From NCBI GenBank assembly GCA_973895155.1, contig OZ316895.1:15444816-15508815 (forward strand): a DNA stretch of 64,000 nt. The letters are read 5' to 3'. The DNA comes from Marsupella aquatica. Lineage: Eukaryota > Plantae > Marchantiophyta. The translations under genes were made by a program, and so were the position numbers. Of the stretch, positions 35,858 to 48,490 are shown piece after piece. The notes beneath the pieces are model-generated. The model was not told where the DNA came from and did not search any database. It saw nothing but the letters and a program-made list of their open reading frames with translations. Position 1 is the first letter of the stretch. Every line of letters begins with the position of its first letter.

Positions 35858-38018
35858 AGGCGAGGGCGAAGCTGCGTTTTGTTCCATGACGATACACAAG
35901 ACTGGTCGCAACTCAGAATGATGTCATGCAAACAGCCGGCGGCACCCTTCCCATGGAGGTTGATTTACGGTTTTTCATTACTTCCCATGGAGGTTCCGGA
36001 AAACTACTCCATGCCTGTTTCACCTGCTCTTCGCCCGCCGCTATTCGTGCTGCTTGCTGCAGTCTACCCCTCGTCAACCCATTCCCATGCATCTTTGTCG
36101 ATCGATTGCCCACAATGCATCCCCTCAATGCCTCCACCACAAGTACAAATGTGCTCGGTAGACTGTGCAGAAGCCATAAGTTTGCGCGCAGCTCAGCTTA
36201 ATCGCCCTCCAGTTCAACTGGTGAAGCCTGAAGCCTGAAGCCTGATTCAATGAGACTACAAGATTGACAGCACTTCGTATGATTTGTAGGCAGCTGCTCG
36301 GGAGCTCGTTCAGCGTCAGTATTCTCAGAAGCACCCCTCGCACGCGAAGGAGCATTTATCCAACAAGGGCGGTCAGCATGGGGACTATGAAAGCAGCTGT
36401 CATCTACGAGGCGGGTGGTCCCGAGGTGTTGAAGCTCGAGCAACGTCCAATTCCGACTCCACAGAGCGGCCAAGTGCTCATCAAGGTCAAGGCGATTGGG
36501 CTCAATCGGTCCGAGATGTTCACTCGCCAAGGTCATTCCCCCAATGTCAAGTTTCCGCGAATCCTGGGAATCGAGGCCACGGGAATTGTCGAGTCGTGTC
36601 CGGGAAATGAATTCGCCAAAGGTGCAGTCGTTGCGACTGCCATGGGTGGTCTGGGCCGTGACTTTGACGGTGGCTATGCAGAATACACTTGCGTTCCAGT
36701 GGCAAACGTTCAGGTGATCAAGACACAACTCCCATGGGAAACGCTCGGAGCCATGCCTGAAATGTTGCAGACAGCTTGGGGCTCTCTGTTCAAAGCCTTA
36801 CAGCTGAAGAAGGGCGATCGGTTACTTGTCCGTGGAGGAACGACGAGTGTGGGACTAGCGGCTACTGCTATAGCCAAAAACCATGGAGCCTACGTCGCCA
36901 CTACAACAAGAAGAGCCGACCGGTCGGAGATGTTGAAGGAGGGGGGCGCAGATGAGGTTTTCGTTGACGATGGAAAGATAGCTCAGCAAATCAGCGCGAA
37001 GGGTGATGCTGAGGCCTTCGACAAGGTCCTGGAACTCATTGGCACAACCACTCTCTTGGATTCTCTGCAATGCTTGAGAGAGCACGGCATTGTCTGTATG
37101 ACAGGCATCGTTGGCAACAGTTGGACGCTCGATAATTTTTCTCCAATGGGATCCATTACCCCAGCAACTTACCTCACTGCGTACTCTGGTGGCCCAACTG
37201 AGTTCCGGGAGACGCCGCTCGAAGAGCTTGCGAAGCAGATTAAGGCTGGCTCACTGAAAATCCAGATTGGAAGAGTTTTTCATCTTGATGAAATCGTGGA
37301 AGCGCAGCGTTGTATGGAGGAGAACAAAGCTGGCGGAAAAATAGTAGTCTTGACATAAATCCACCACGAGAGAAGTCTGCATGGAGTAGCAATCCATGAG
37401 TCTGAACGAGGCTAGCGCAGCACTCTTGGATTTGCAAGACGAACATGGGCAACGCTATTGTAGCTGTTGAGTAGTCTCTAGTCTAGAGGTTCGCACTTTT
37501 TGTGTCTCGGCAAAGGTCAGATTTTCGAACTTCGGAAATCGCGAATGCAAATAAATCAAAAACGCAAATAAATTGTGTAAACATGCGCAAATCGATGAAG
37601 ATTCATGGCAATCATTGTGAAATTCCCTGTATATAAGGCATACATAAACTTTCCATGCATGTAAATATTGTGTAAACTTGGGAAAATTTCCTTAGCAATA
37701 ATTGCGGATCTTCTGTAGAGACCCAGTTACTTCCAAAAACAATATCAACAGAAAGAAAATACAGCTTTAACATCGTGTGATGAGGACCGACGCCCATCAA
37801 TAGCCTCGATTGTCCGAGGCCTTACATCGTGTGAAGAAGCTTATCGACCGTGGTATGCAATAAACAGGCTCCGTTGTTCGACTTGTTGCAGATGATTAAA
37901 TCCCGAAGGGCGTTCTGACCAGTAAACTGAAGCAGCCCTGTGATTAGGCTAGGGGCATTGGCCAGGTCACGGGACGATGGAAGAAGTAATGGCTGGAATA
38001 GTATCTCTTGCAGCAGAA
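35858..38018 (+). repeat. Segmental direct duplication, copy B (partner 30373-32560)
   Basis: See copy A. Copy B has an extra ~200 bp at ~37610-37830. Confidence 0.9.
36279..37358 (+). CDS. Intronless NADPH:quinone oxidoreductase (zeta-crystallin/MDR, Zn-independent, quinone_oxidoreductase_like_1 type) with N-terminal presequence
   Basis: Single 359-aa ORF from ATG 36279 (core start [25 protein letters not shown] at ~36387). Motifs: [57 protein letters not shown], nucleotide-binding [11 protein letters not shown]-terminal [17 protein letters not shown]. No catalytic-Zn ligand pattern. Confidence 0.92.
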   Translation: MICRQLLGSSFSVSILRSTPRTRRSIYPTRAVSMGTMKAAVIYEAGGPEVLKLEQRPIPTPQSGQVLIKVKAIGLNRSEMFTRQGHSPNVKFPRILGIEATGIVESCPGNEFAKGAVVATAMGGLGRDFDGGYAEYTCVPVANVQVIKTQLPWETLGAMPEMLQTAWGSLFKALQLKKGDRLLVRGGTTSVGLAATAIAKNHGAYVATTTRRADRSEMLKEGGADEVFVDDGKIAQQISAKGDAEAFDKVLELIGTTTLLDSLQCLREHGIVCMTGIVGNSWTLDNFSPMGSITPATYLTAYSGGPTEFRETPLEELAKQIKAGSLKIQIGRVFHLDEIVEAQRCMEENKAGGKIVVLT

Positions 38019-38720
38019 TTTCCTGTTCTAATCACAGAGGTTGAATATGAGAGACATTTGACTCAGAAGACACTATCGATGGAACCTTTATGAGTTAACC
38101 CTTTTCCAGCTAAACACTGAAAAGTGCAAGGTTGGTGCCTAAGCAGAATAGCGAGAGTCATCGGATCTGAGATCTCATTCATCAAGCTTCTCCACTACAT
38201 GAAGGTAGACCAGTCAGCTTTTGATGCCATGTAATTAGGATGTAGCATGTTTGGATTGTTGCGATCTTCGTCCAGGAGACCGTAAATCTTACGAGGAGAC
38301 TTTTGAGAGATAACGATTAAACAGTGACTCATACTCGTCCATGAAGATGTAATTTCACTTTGTCATGTGTGTACGTCGCTCCTGTCATTGTACCTACATT
38401 CACCGCATATTACACAATAGGTAACGCAAAACTGGTTTAACGTCTAATTTGCTGATGTGTTATGGAGAAGATGGTCCAAAGTGGACATGAGTTGATTTTG
38501 GAACATCCAGGTGGTCCGTCAGCACTGTCCAACTCATTCATCCCTTGCTGGAAATTTGGTAGGCAGATGAAAGTTGGACGGGGAATAACATGGACATTCG
38601 GGCCAATTTCCGTTCAGTCAGGTCCACACTGGAAATATCGGCGAGTGCCCGTGAGACACACTAAGCAGACCATGAAATCGACAACAAAAAATAAACATGT
38701 GAACAGAAACTGAGTGAACA

Positions 38721-41260
38721 TTATTTTTGAACAATTGGAGGACTAGCAGCCAAAAGAACTTGCACTAGCTTTTGGTTGCACTGTACCTGAGGACATTGAT
38801 CTGTTTCAGCGTGACGTCTCAGTGTAGCCCGGGCAGCAGCTGTTGGGCAGATTGACAAACAAGGAGTTTGCAATCCTGGGTCTTGATCCCTTGGAAGCGC
38901 CTCAACTCCAAAATTGAACTGAAGGGAAAGCGTATCTTCAGTTATTACTCAATCAAGGCAGAGTCTGAAGGAATCAAAGCTGAATTTACAATAACGAAAA
39001 CTAAGGGCAATACCTGACAGCTGAAGTCTTTGAAGTTTGGCTCCATATGCAGAGACGTTCCAAGTACATCCTTAATAAAGGCCTGTATCACATGCATAAT
39101 GGTTACACTGAGTCTCAAAATCAGGGCTTCTGTAAATGTGGGGCAAATCTGCACACTACGTTGTTTCATCATACCTTTGAACATTACTTCGAATGACGTG
39201 CAAATTTAATTCGGCTTCCATTTCAAACACAACAAACCTGGGTGGGAATTTTGCACATATGTGTACAGACTCCAGCACATTGGCTTCCCTCTAAGAACTT
39301 GCATCGTTCAACTAGCACCTGCCAGTACATCATTACTAGATACTGAGATGAAGCCGATTGCAGGAACCAAAATGACGAACTATGCACACAAAAATGACAA
39401 AAGTAATATCTCAATCTACACCGAACTTGAAAACAGTTTTCTTCCTTATCGTCGTGCAAAAAAGATCGACTTACTCCGCTGGGCAAAGTGGATCCATCTG
39501 CCAGAGTAACTTGGTTTACGACGGAAGGCCCCATCAACCAGTAGGTGGTTGCCTGTGTAACATAAGCTACGCCCACAAACAGAAACAAGAGAAAATTAAA
39601 TAAAACAGTAAGTAGCACTTGGAAACAGTGGAATCCACGAAGATATTTTGTTGAGTTGGTGTTAAGAAATCCGTCAAAAGTCGAAAACGAATGTGCTATG
39701 TCCTTCAACCTTCTTTCTCCTACGTGAGTTCTTCACAGCAATTACTTGCTTAAATTGTCGAAAGCAGTTGAATCAATAGGTTTAGGCTCACCCATTAGAA
39801 TAGCTCCCGGCTTGCCACTTCCAACGGGAAGTATGATGTTCCGGTATGCCTTCATGACAAATTCGGGAAACAGCGCTGTAAACACCCTTGCCTGTAAGAA
39901 AGGAGATTTTGATATATCTTAGGGAACGAAAGATGTCCGCAAAATGGCAATCTTCTATCTTCCTGACGAGAGCACAACACAACCTCTTTGAATGGAAGTC
40001 CCCCATCCCAATCATCCTTCAATGTGGATCAATCAGGGTGTAAACAAAACGGGCTAAATCATTGTCCTAAGGATAGACTTCAAAATCTTACGCAATCAGA
40101 ATGATTACCGCGTTATGCGAATTGCCCATACCACAGCTTTTTCAACTTCTGGCTTGGAAGATTGTAAATAGAGGTGCTTCACATTTTCAAGAAGCCCCTC
40201 AAATCCAGCTTTTGGGGAGTCCCAACCAACCTCCTGCAATAGCCATTTCAATGCAAATAAACTCTAGGATTAGCTGCTTGACTGCTTTCTCGACATAGTT
40301 CAAAGAATCTCGGGACTGCCACTAAATCTATCGGAAGATTTGATTCCACCTACTATTACAATTCAGTCAGAATTCGACTTCCAAATCCAAGCAATTCAAA
40401 TGAAAAGCTGGAGGCAGAGTCTGCTTCTCCTCTGGTACCCTGCCAACAGTTCTCGCTCACAGTTTTCGTCATTCCAAGGACCTCGAAATGAATAAGAATA
40501 CCAACCTCTGCCATTTGCACCCTAAATGCCTTCAGAAGAAATTGATCCAGTGGACCCAGCTTCTCCTCCTTCCAGTCAGGTTCTTTTCTCTCTTCAGGCT
40601 GAGAAGAAACACAAAGTGGGTATCTATTTTACATTCCTGTCCAAAAACCCTGCCCCTCGCTCCGGAGAAAAGCTACCCAGAAAAGCAAAATCGCAAACCC
40701 AGATGATAATCAAGTCGGCCATAGTGAACAGAATTCCGTCATTCAACTTGAATTTCTCAAATTGTGCCCGAAATGGTGAGTACGCATATGGATGCACACA
40801 AACAAAATCAACGCATCAGCAGCAAAAAACATGGTGATAATTCAACAGAATGTCGTCATTCAATAAAATTCCTCAAAGTTTGCCTAAAAGATGATTAGGC
40901 ATATGGAATGGACACATGCAACATCAAAATCAAGGCAACCGCAAAACATTGTGATAGACAGACACTAACTGGCTCAGGGGAAAGTTGCTGCTGCACAGGC
41001 CCTCGGGTAACACATCCTGCCCAGTTTCTCCTATTCACAGACCCGCCGGTGCTAAGTCGCCCTGTTTGCAGCAGCTGAGACTTAGACCCCAGTCCTAGAA
41101 TTCCACCGGCGCCATCTGCACTTGTGACCAATTTGAGAACTTGTCTCTGCCTAGGTGCATGAATTTCCTTCGCCTCAAGGGGCAGCAGCACTGAAGAAGA
41201 CGCACAGGGGGATGCCATACATTTTGCACACGCAGCGATGCCAATTCCCGTGATAGACAT
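38721..41260 (-). CDS. DWARF27-like beta-carotene isomerase homolog (D27-LIKE2 / At4g01995-type, DUF4033), plastid-targeted
   Basis: Exons (minus): 41260(or 41218)-40970, 40598-40506, 40233-40132, 39891-39792, 39566-39475, 39318-39238, 39082-39014, 38918-38721 (last exon end uncertain). GPLDQFLLKAFRVQMAEEVGWDSPKAGFEGL, WLMGPS, VLVERCKFLEGSQCAGVCTHMCKIPTQAFIKDVLGTSLHMEPNFKDFSCQFNFG: the Cys-rich D27 signature. Confidence 0.9.
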
Positions 41261-42381
41261 GTGCACCTGGTTTGGCTTGCCGGATGCCTTGCTTGCTTGC
41301 AATTAGAAGGTGCTGAACAGAAAATTCGGCTGAGGCCACCAATGAATATCTATCCGTTTTTAATATGCAGTACAGGAGCTCAGAGAGCAGGCACATCAAA
41401 TGGATTGCCAAAGCCCAATACTGTCACTATGGATGAACAAACGGCCTCGACATGGTACGAGACTACCAGTGATCATTTCAATTGGGCACCATTGGATCTC
41501 ATTCGTGTCCTTCGCTCATCACAGTCTTCTTCCAATACGAATAGTCATCGAAGTTCGTTTGTCAGTTCCCTGTTACTAAAAAACTTGAAATTGTGTAGGT
41601 CGAGAACTCGAAATGGACAGTACAGTAGTGGCACTTTGGGTGCATGTCTGCAGGCCATGAGTTGCCACGCCATGCCGGTGATTCTGTGACGTGTGATTGA
41701 GCTTTTTTAGCCTGTGGGTCAAGCAAACCGCTTCGATCAAAAGCGGGGGAAGAGAGATTATGTTTTGTTTTTGTTCTTGATACGTGGGTACTTCGTGTAC
41801 CATGCCTCAAAGATGAGGGCTTTAGCCCAAGTTTTAAGGGGCTATTACTGCCCACAGAGGAGTAACAGGAGTTCATACACTTTAATCTCTGGAACATTTT
41901 TCACTCTAAGTATTTTTTATTTTGTTTTCTCTTTGTTCAAGTGTCATACTTACCAGCATTTATTTTGTTTCTCCTGTCTTCACACTTGACTACAAACCCA
42001 AAGTTCATGCAAGTTACTTTCTTTATGGAGAGACAAGTAGACCACAAATCTCAAAATGACAAATCTCAACTCGCACTGTCCGTGATGTGCCATTCTCTTC
42101 CAGGAATTACAAAAATATACACAGAGGAAAATCTTGCAGGGATTTAAGTACGGAGTAATGTCCTTGTATTAGGGCATTGTGGGCCATAATGCCCCCCAAA
42201 ATGAGGGCTTTACTCATAAGAGTAGGCCATGTCTGGCGAGTACTTGCTTTGTACATGTTTGTGCATTTGCGCAGACTCATACTCGACGGTTTGTGCACAA
42301 TGCTAAGTGCATGGGGGGGCAGATTCATGGCGTTTGGATGTGAAAGTTTGGCTTGCTGTGTGGAGTTTGGCAGGGCTGGGG

Positions 42382-42690
42382 TGTTAAGTATTGCTCTTAG
42401 TCTTGTGATTTATAGGTTATGACAATTAGTCTAACCACAGTTAGAGACTTAGTTGAGGTTAAGTTAGTTGTAAGTGACCTTGTATATACCAGGGCTAGTG
42501 TAAGCCACTGCTACATTAGTGCTTGCTTATTGTAACGACGCGACGTGAGAGAGATAGTGAGCTCATGTGTGGAGACGACTCTTGAAGTAAAGTTTTTCAT
42601 GTTCGTGTGGACGTAGTCTTGGAGAAGAGGTGAACCACATTTGGATTGTGTCTACTACGTGGGCATGGTATGAGTCATGATCGTATCGTA
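42382..42690 (+). mobile_element. Diverged, 3'-truncated copia-type LTR (related family)
   Basis: Starts TGTTAAGTATTGCTCTTAGTCTTGTGA, similar to the LTR at 42748. Shares tatat..ccagggct and gtggacgtag...gaggtgaaccac blocks but differs extensively between them. Confidence 0.65.
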
Positions 42691-43095
42691 AGGATTCCAT
42701 ATGGAAGCATTTAGTCCAGTCCCCAAGACAAGAGTCAAGGGGGAGTTTGTTAGATATTGCTCTAGTCTTGTGACTCATGAGCTAACCACAGTTAGTCTAA
42801 CTCGGGTTAGGACTAAGCTAATGTTAGCGGTAGTGCTGTTGTGCATATAGCCAGGGCTGATGCCAGACCCTGGTGGGGCTTAGGCTCATTGTTACGGAGC
42901 TAGTTGAGAGATAGGGAGAGCTTGTGCTGTGGATGCTTGGTATGGCCGTTCGGCCTAGAGTGTAGTAAAGCTCTTGTGTGTTCCCGTGGACGTAGCCTCA
43001 TGTGGAGGTGAACCACGTATCTCTCTGTGTCGACTATTGTGCGTTGGATGGTTCATGCCTGGGCTTGCCGTTACGAATGTCGTCTATGCTCAACA
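42691..43095 (+). mobile_element. Copia 3' internal fragment with PPT plus complete 348 bp LTR
   Basis: PPT caagggggagtt immediately before TGTTAG (42748); LTR ends TCAACA (43095). Near-identical to the reverse complement of 62327-62727. Confidence 0.9.
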
Positions 43096-43869
43096 ATTCT
43101 AGCAAAAGATGGGCAAGATTGAAAATTAGACTTAGACCTTAAAGTGGTGGTCTCAAACAAGAAAATTAAAAACATTAAGAGAGGGTAAAAATAATTTCAA
43201 AGTCCAATAATACAAAGGATTCACCTTCTCCAAAATCAAGTGAAACAAAAATACATATTAAAAATTTCAAAACAAAGTCATCTCAGGAGTAGGCTCTCAA
43301 ACAACCTAACACCAGATTGTAAAGTCACTTTAAGTTTAGCTAACTAAGTGGTTGCAAATACCATCACACATTTTGCAAGGATGCATTGCTCTACTTTATG
43401 CTCACATGGGCTCGTTAGATGATGGGAACTATATTTCAAACCAGATAATTATTATAAATTGAGAGGTGGAGGTGGAGGTCTATCCTAAACCCTTTCCACA
43501 CTTGCATTTTAGTCCAAGAAACACTATACTATTAACAGTACCCCATGCTATCGCCGGGTGACATGCATAGCAAGAACTAAGTTTGCAGTTGCGTATCATT
43601 TAGGGTTGAGGGTATTGTTGGATTAGGGAATGGCAGAGTAATTTAAAACCTCACTTGAGCTGTATATGTGAACCATGCTAAAGGGTCACTCGGCACCCTG
43701 CAGCCCTGAACCCTAAACCCTAAACCCTAAATACTCATATGGAGAGTTTCTATAATTTACCTGGTAATGTTCAAGCATGATTCAGTCATGGTTGATATGA
43801 ATACACTCAGCAAGAACCAGGGCTATAAAGTAGTAACACAATCAAATGAAAGAGAAACAACCAAAGAGT

Positions 43870-44090
43870 AAGTAATAACCAGGTCTTACATTACAAAACC
43901 AGCATTCAGATTTTCCAGAATTAAATCATGACCGTCAGATATCCTAGATTTAAGGAAGACCGTTAGATTCTGGAAAATGGGGTTCATGATTTGGTGGCAA
44001 AGTGGCAAATGGTGTTAGAAAAATCTAGCAAATATTAGCCAAAAGTGGGAACATGTTTGGGAGGTGGAATTTGGCCAAAATTTGCACTTA
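43870..44090 (-). repeat. Dispersed repeat family (probable non-autonomous DNA transposon); other fragments at ~20681-20710, 30300-30360, 46890-47135, 61426-61800
   Basis: Shared blocks ccagaatc...tccttaaatc(t/c)aggga(g)atct, ccaaattccacct...ccacttttgg, acacaag(g/a)tgacatttgccactct and atggtgaaacctggtggatcca.gttttg, in differing order and orientation. Confidence 0.55.
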
Positions 44091-45840
44091 AAAAACAAGT
44101 GGATGTCCTCTAAGGGGGCAAGCTTCTGCTGAGGTTGTCATAGGTGTGCTTTTGGTATGTTTGAAATTCGCAACAAACTCTTAGGAACATTCTTCGCTCA
44201 CCCAGTCACCCCAACTTTGAGATGGAGCCTGCCATTCTTTAATCATAAGTATCTACACTGCATTTTATCCGCACAATACAAGAACGTGTGTGAGTGACAA
44301 AAAGACTACAGTAGAAGGCTACACATAAACGACAGCCCTCCTTGGAGACGCTCATTATCCATACATGCAAATAGAGTAATACTACTAGCTGTAGTAATTA
44401 TCAGGATTTGGTGATGCATGTGCCTGACGTGAGGGCAAAGGATTGGGTCCCATGTTTGCACTCATGTCTGCACCCTGGACTTTGGGGATGTGCCACGTGG
44501 CCCGGGACAATATTCAATCACAGCTATCCGCCAGATCTGACAGTTCTTCCACTTTTGGCAGGGTTGCTAATGATACAAGTAAACAACCCCCCTTTCTTAC
44601 GCAAGTAAAAAAAACGAAACAACCTGGTCTTTTGGGATAAGAAAGCCAGGATGGACCTCCAGGTTTGCCCAAATGCTCTGATAGAGGTTTGCAACCTGGA
44701 TGAAAAGTGCTAAAATCTATCGTCTGGTCATACAATACACATGATAGAGATGAACTAAATGTGACTGGAAATAAGTCCTCTTTGGAAATTTGTAAATCAC
44801 TCCATTAATTCTCAATGAAATTTGAGTATATTAATTAAGCTCGTTGGAAAGATCTTTCCAATCCATTTCTAGCAAACTTAAACAAATCAGCCATTACATT
44901 GGATGTTGAGGGACATACTGACTGTCAAAGTTAACTACTCAAAAACTTTGGATATGCAAAATGTGGGCAATTTATGACATTCACTCTCATCAGTCAACTC
45001 TTCATGAACACTAGATATACTACTGGTTGGAAATTTATTTCCAAGCCTCCAAGCCCAAGAAGAGCGTATTCAGTTGTATACAAAGGGAGACATTGAAGGT
45101 CAAACTTTGTGCCAAAAATTTAGAAGGGTGTCAATGAGGATAGGTGTAAAAGGTGTCACTGTCCATGGGGGCTGCATGGTTCATGGGATTGGGTCCATAG
45201 TTGTTGTTCTTTGGAGTCATTATAGATGGGATTTCTAGTCACACATATGGACTTGAATGGGATCCCATAATCCTCTTTGTAAGAAAATGGAAGCTCATTT
45301 ACACTACAGCATGTCATCCTGGTTAGCATGTTTGTGTAGGTACCAGCAAAGCTTAGAAATCCTATTAGAAAAAGGTTTCAGATGGACTTGGTCCCATATC
45401 AGCTCAAATGACTTAAGTAATAAGTAAAATACAACTAAATAACATGAGAGGCACGGTATGTGGTACCCCATCTCTCACCATTGATCAAACAAGCCAAACT
45501 GGAGAAGATAAAGCAAGGCAAAAGCCCAAAGTAAGTTGAATCTTGGTGAATTAAATTTTACATGACTTGCAAGAGTCAGAAGCTGTCTGAACATGTTATT
45601 TGAGTTTTCCATGCGGCAGTGTCTGAAGAAACTGATGCTCTCATGGAACACCATGTTTGACAAATTGCCTGAATGGACTATTGTTACTAATGTGGACCAT
45701 TTTGAAGCGTGATATTTTACTCAGTTAACACCTTTCCTTGTACATTTATGTGCTCCCGTTTTTATTGTCTAAAGGTGCTTGGTCCATGGGACTCTCAACG
45801 TCAAACATTGTGGTCTATTCAAGCATCAACTGCAATGTTT

Positions 45841-45939
45841 GCCCATAGAGGCATGACTTTGTGGTAACTCACTTGAGTAGAGACTGATAGATATTGGGTT
45901 CAACTATTGTAGCCGCATTCTAAATCAAAAAACAAAAAA
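45841..45939 (+). mobile_element. tRNA-derived SINE (copy 2) with 14 bp TSD
   Basis: gcccatagaggcatgactttgtggtaactcacttgagtagag...gggttcaacta..., A-rich tail. TSD caactgcaatgttt (45827-45840) / caacttcagtgttt (45940-45953), 12/14 identical. A further 3' fragment lies at ~45982-46025. Confidence 0.72.
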
Positions 45940-47789
45940 CAACTTCAGTGTTTCAACCTACCAAAAACTAGTTAAAAGGAATTTCAACTAATGTAGCCGC
46001 TTTCTAAATCAACAAGTACAAAAAATGTCCAGGCACAAACATTTGGTCCCCAAGCTTTGTAAGGGCTGGACACAGAAAGATTTGTTGTCGACCCCACTTT
46101 CTGAAATGGAGATTGGGATATTTTTGGACAGCAAAACTGCCTAAGACGTTGAGGTCTTTATAAAACAGAAAGATAGTTATTCAAATATTATTGATGGTAA
46201 GTAGTATGGAAATGATAGATTTTCAACATTGCAAGAATTCCAAAAAGCATCAAGATGATCTTAGATCCCAAAATAGTAGTAATGATAATAAATTCATATG
46301 TAGCCCCAACAAACAAAAACTGGATATTCAAGCACTTGAACAAATCTCAATGTTGAGGGTGGCGAGCTCAATGTTGAGGGTGACCAGCTCCCTAAGCATA
46401 TATTTATGTATCAAATCTCCAACACAAAAGTATCCATCATATGGCAGGCGGGTTTAAACATTAGTGCAGATCCAACTGGGATACAAAATAGCCAGTGGCA
46501 AGTCCATGTCACTAAAGTTATCTCCAGCCGGACCCACTACTAGTGGGAATGCTCTCACAAATTAAAATGATCCCAGTCCCATCCATCTGGCTCTGGCCCT
46601 TAGTCTGGGCTGGAATGATGAATCAGTCCGGGCAGGCAGGCTGTCCAGAACAGCAATAGGGCGTCTCAAACTTCGCGTTGCTGCTTTCGGTTGCAATCAG
46701 CGACAGAATCTTGGAAAAAAAGTGGCAGACATGAAAATCCGTGTCCACCCATGAACTGTGACCTAAACTGATAGTTCGGAGCCTTGTATTTTTCCCGCAA
46801 CTCCAAGGATTGAGATGCCCTATTGAGACACTGAAAACAACTGGGCAATTCTTGGTAGACTCTTTCCGTGCTCCCCATCAGTGTTTTTTTGCAGCAAAAT
46901 TTACCAAATTCCACCTTGCTCAAAAGCCTTCTCCACTTTTGGCAGGTTAGTTGTCTTTGGTGAGCCTTTTTCCCACCTACCCACAAACCCAATTACCCAG
47001 AATCTGACAGTTATCCTTAAATCCAGGGAGATCTAAGTGTCAAATGTAAATCAACAAAAATTACATAAAGAAGATTCTTAGCACGCTCTCTTGCACACAA
47101 GGTGACATTTGCCACTCTGGCAAAAGAGAAAAATTCTAAAAAATTCAAGGACAAACATCAATAATCTGTGAGTAGGTATACAGTAGCACCTTGGTGACAG
47201 GCACTGTGGGCCCTAGAGAATTGTAGCTCAAGTTTAGAGAGGCTATTATTGCTCATAATGCACTCACAATAAGGTGTAAATACACTTATAAGCCTAAAAT
47301 ATTTTTATTTTCACTCTCTAGCTATATATTTGCAATTTGAACCTATTGCTCAAGGTCTCCCGTCTATAGTGAAGCCAAGCCTCTACAAGATAAGTCTTGG
47401 GGCTTAACTGACGTAGGTATAGCTGATGGAAAGCCAGGATTGGGAAAAGGGTGAGTCTCTGAAACTGAACTCCAATAAGTGAACGGGTAACAACATGAAT
47501 GTGGCCTCTTTAATTTAGACAGGGTGAATGTATTCCCATCCATTTATTTATTTATTAGGTTAGAAAAAAGGGCATTTGTAAAATGCAAGCAAAGGAGAAG
47601 TTTCTTTCATGATTACTCCATCCCATACCTGGAGTGCGCATTCTTCCCCCCATAACAACAAACCTTCTCCTTTATTTTCCTTTCGTCTCCATAATTAGAA
47701 AGCGAAACTACAGTGACAGAGGAAACCCACGAAGTTGGTCTCGTCTTGTTTCTTTCGTCCCGCTCGTCCTTTTTGAACTCTGGGTCGGC

Positions 47790-47812
47790 CCTCTCTCTCT
47801 CTCTCTCTCTCT
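47790..47812 (+). repeat. (CT)n microsatellite in the probable 5' leader/promoter of the COV1-like gene
   Basis: ctctctctct... run inside a pyrimidine-rich tract ~700 bp upstream of ATG 48491. Confidence 0.85.
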
Positions 47813-48490
47813 GTTTCTCTGTGGACACCGGTAAAGTCGCTCTCGCCGTCACTTCTTCGCGAGCCGAATCGAAGGCAGGCTGTGCGCACGCAAGCAGGCA
47901 AGCAGGCAGGCAGGCAGCAGTGTTGGTGTTGCGGATCCTCATGTTTCCTGTCTAACATACGGCCCTGAAAACATATTATTCTTCCTCGAGGAAAGAGCTT
48001 CGGCCGGCCTTGTCAGTTGAAACTTCCCTAAAGTTGTCGCTCTCTGATCATCGTCAGCATCGTCTTGCAGCGCCGAAAGAAGGCAGGGCTCTCGTCTCCC
48101 CCGCGTCCTGGCTTGTGGCTTCCTGTGTGATCCTGTGGTGCTTCGGCGGAGTTCGATGAGATATGTGAAGCGGTAATTTCGTCGACACGAATTGATGGTT
48201 GGAACGGAGGAGAGAGAATTCACGTTCCGGACGATTGGAGGCTGGAAAGGATCGAGGAGCGTGGGAGAGGATCGAGGGTTTCAAGGAAGGGAGCTGCTGC
48301 ACGCTTTATGTACATGGTCTTTATCGTTTCATGTAGGACGAAGGATTGGAGACCGGCAGGGTAAAGCTGTCGAGCACGGGTTTCTTGTAGACGAAGACAG
48401 GTTTTTTTGGCATCGCTCGAAGTAACGGAGAAACGCAGAAAGCCTATCGCAATTGGGAGGATCGTCGGAGACGGGTGGAGGGAGAAAGTG

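Noticed and set aside
40506-40530. Suspected frameshift in D27-like exon 2
   Set aside because: Careful re-reading gives TTT AGG GTG CAA ATG GCA GAG (FRVQMAE), which is in frame.
43705-43730. ccctaaa x3 as an interstitial telomere or chromosome-fusion scar
   Set aside because: Too short; such motifs are common inside plant repeats, as at ~5950.
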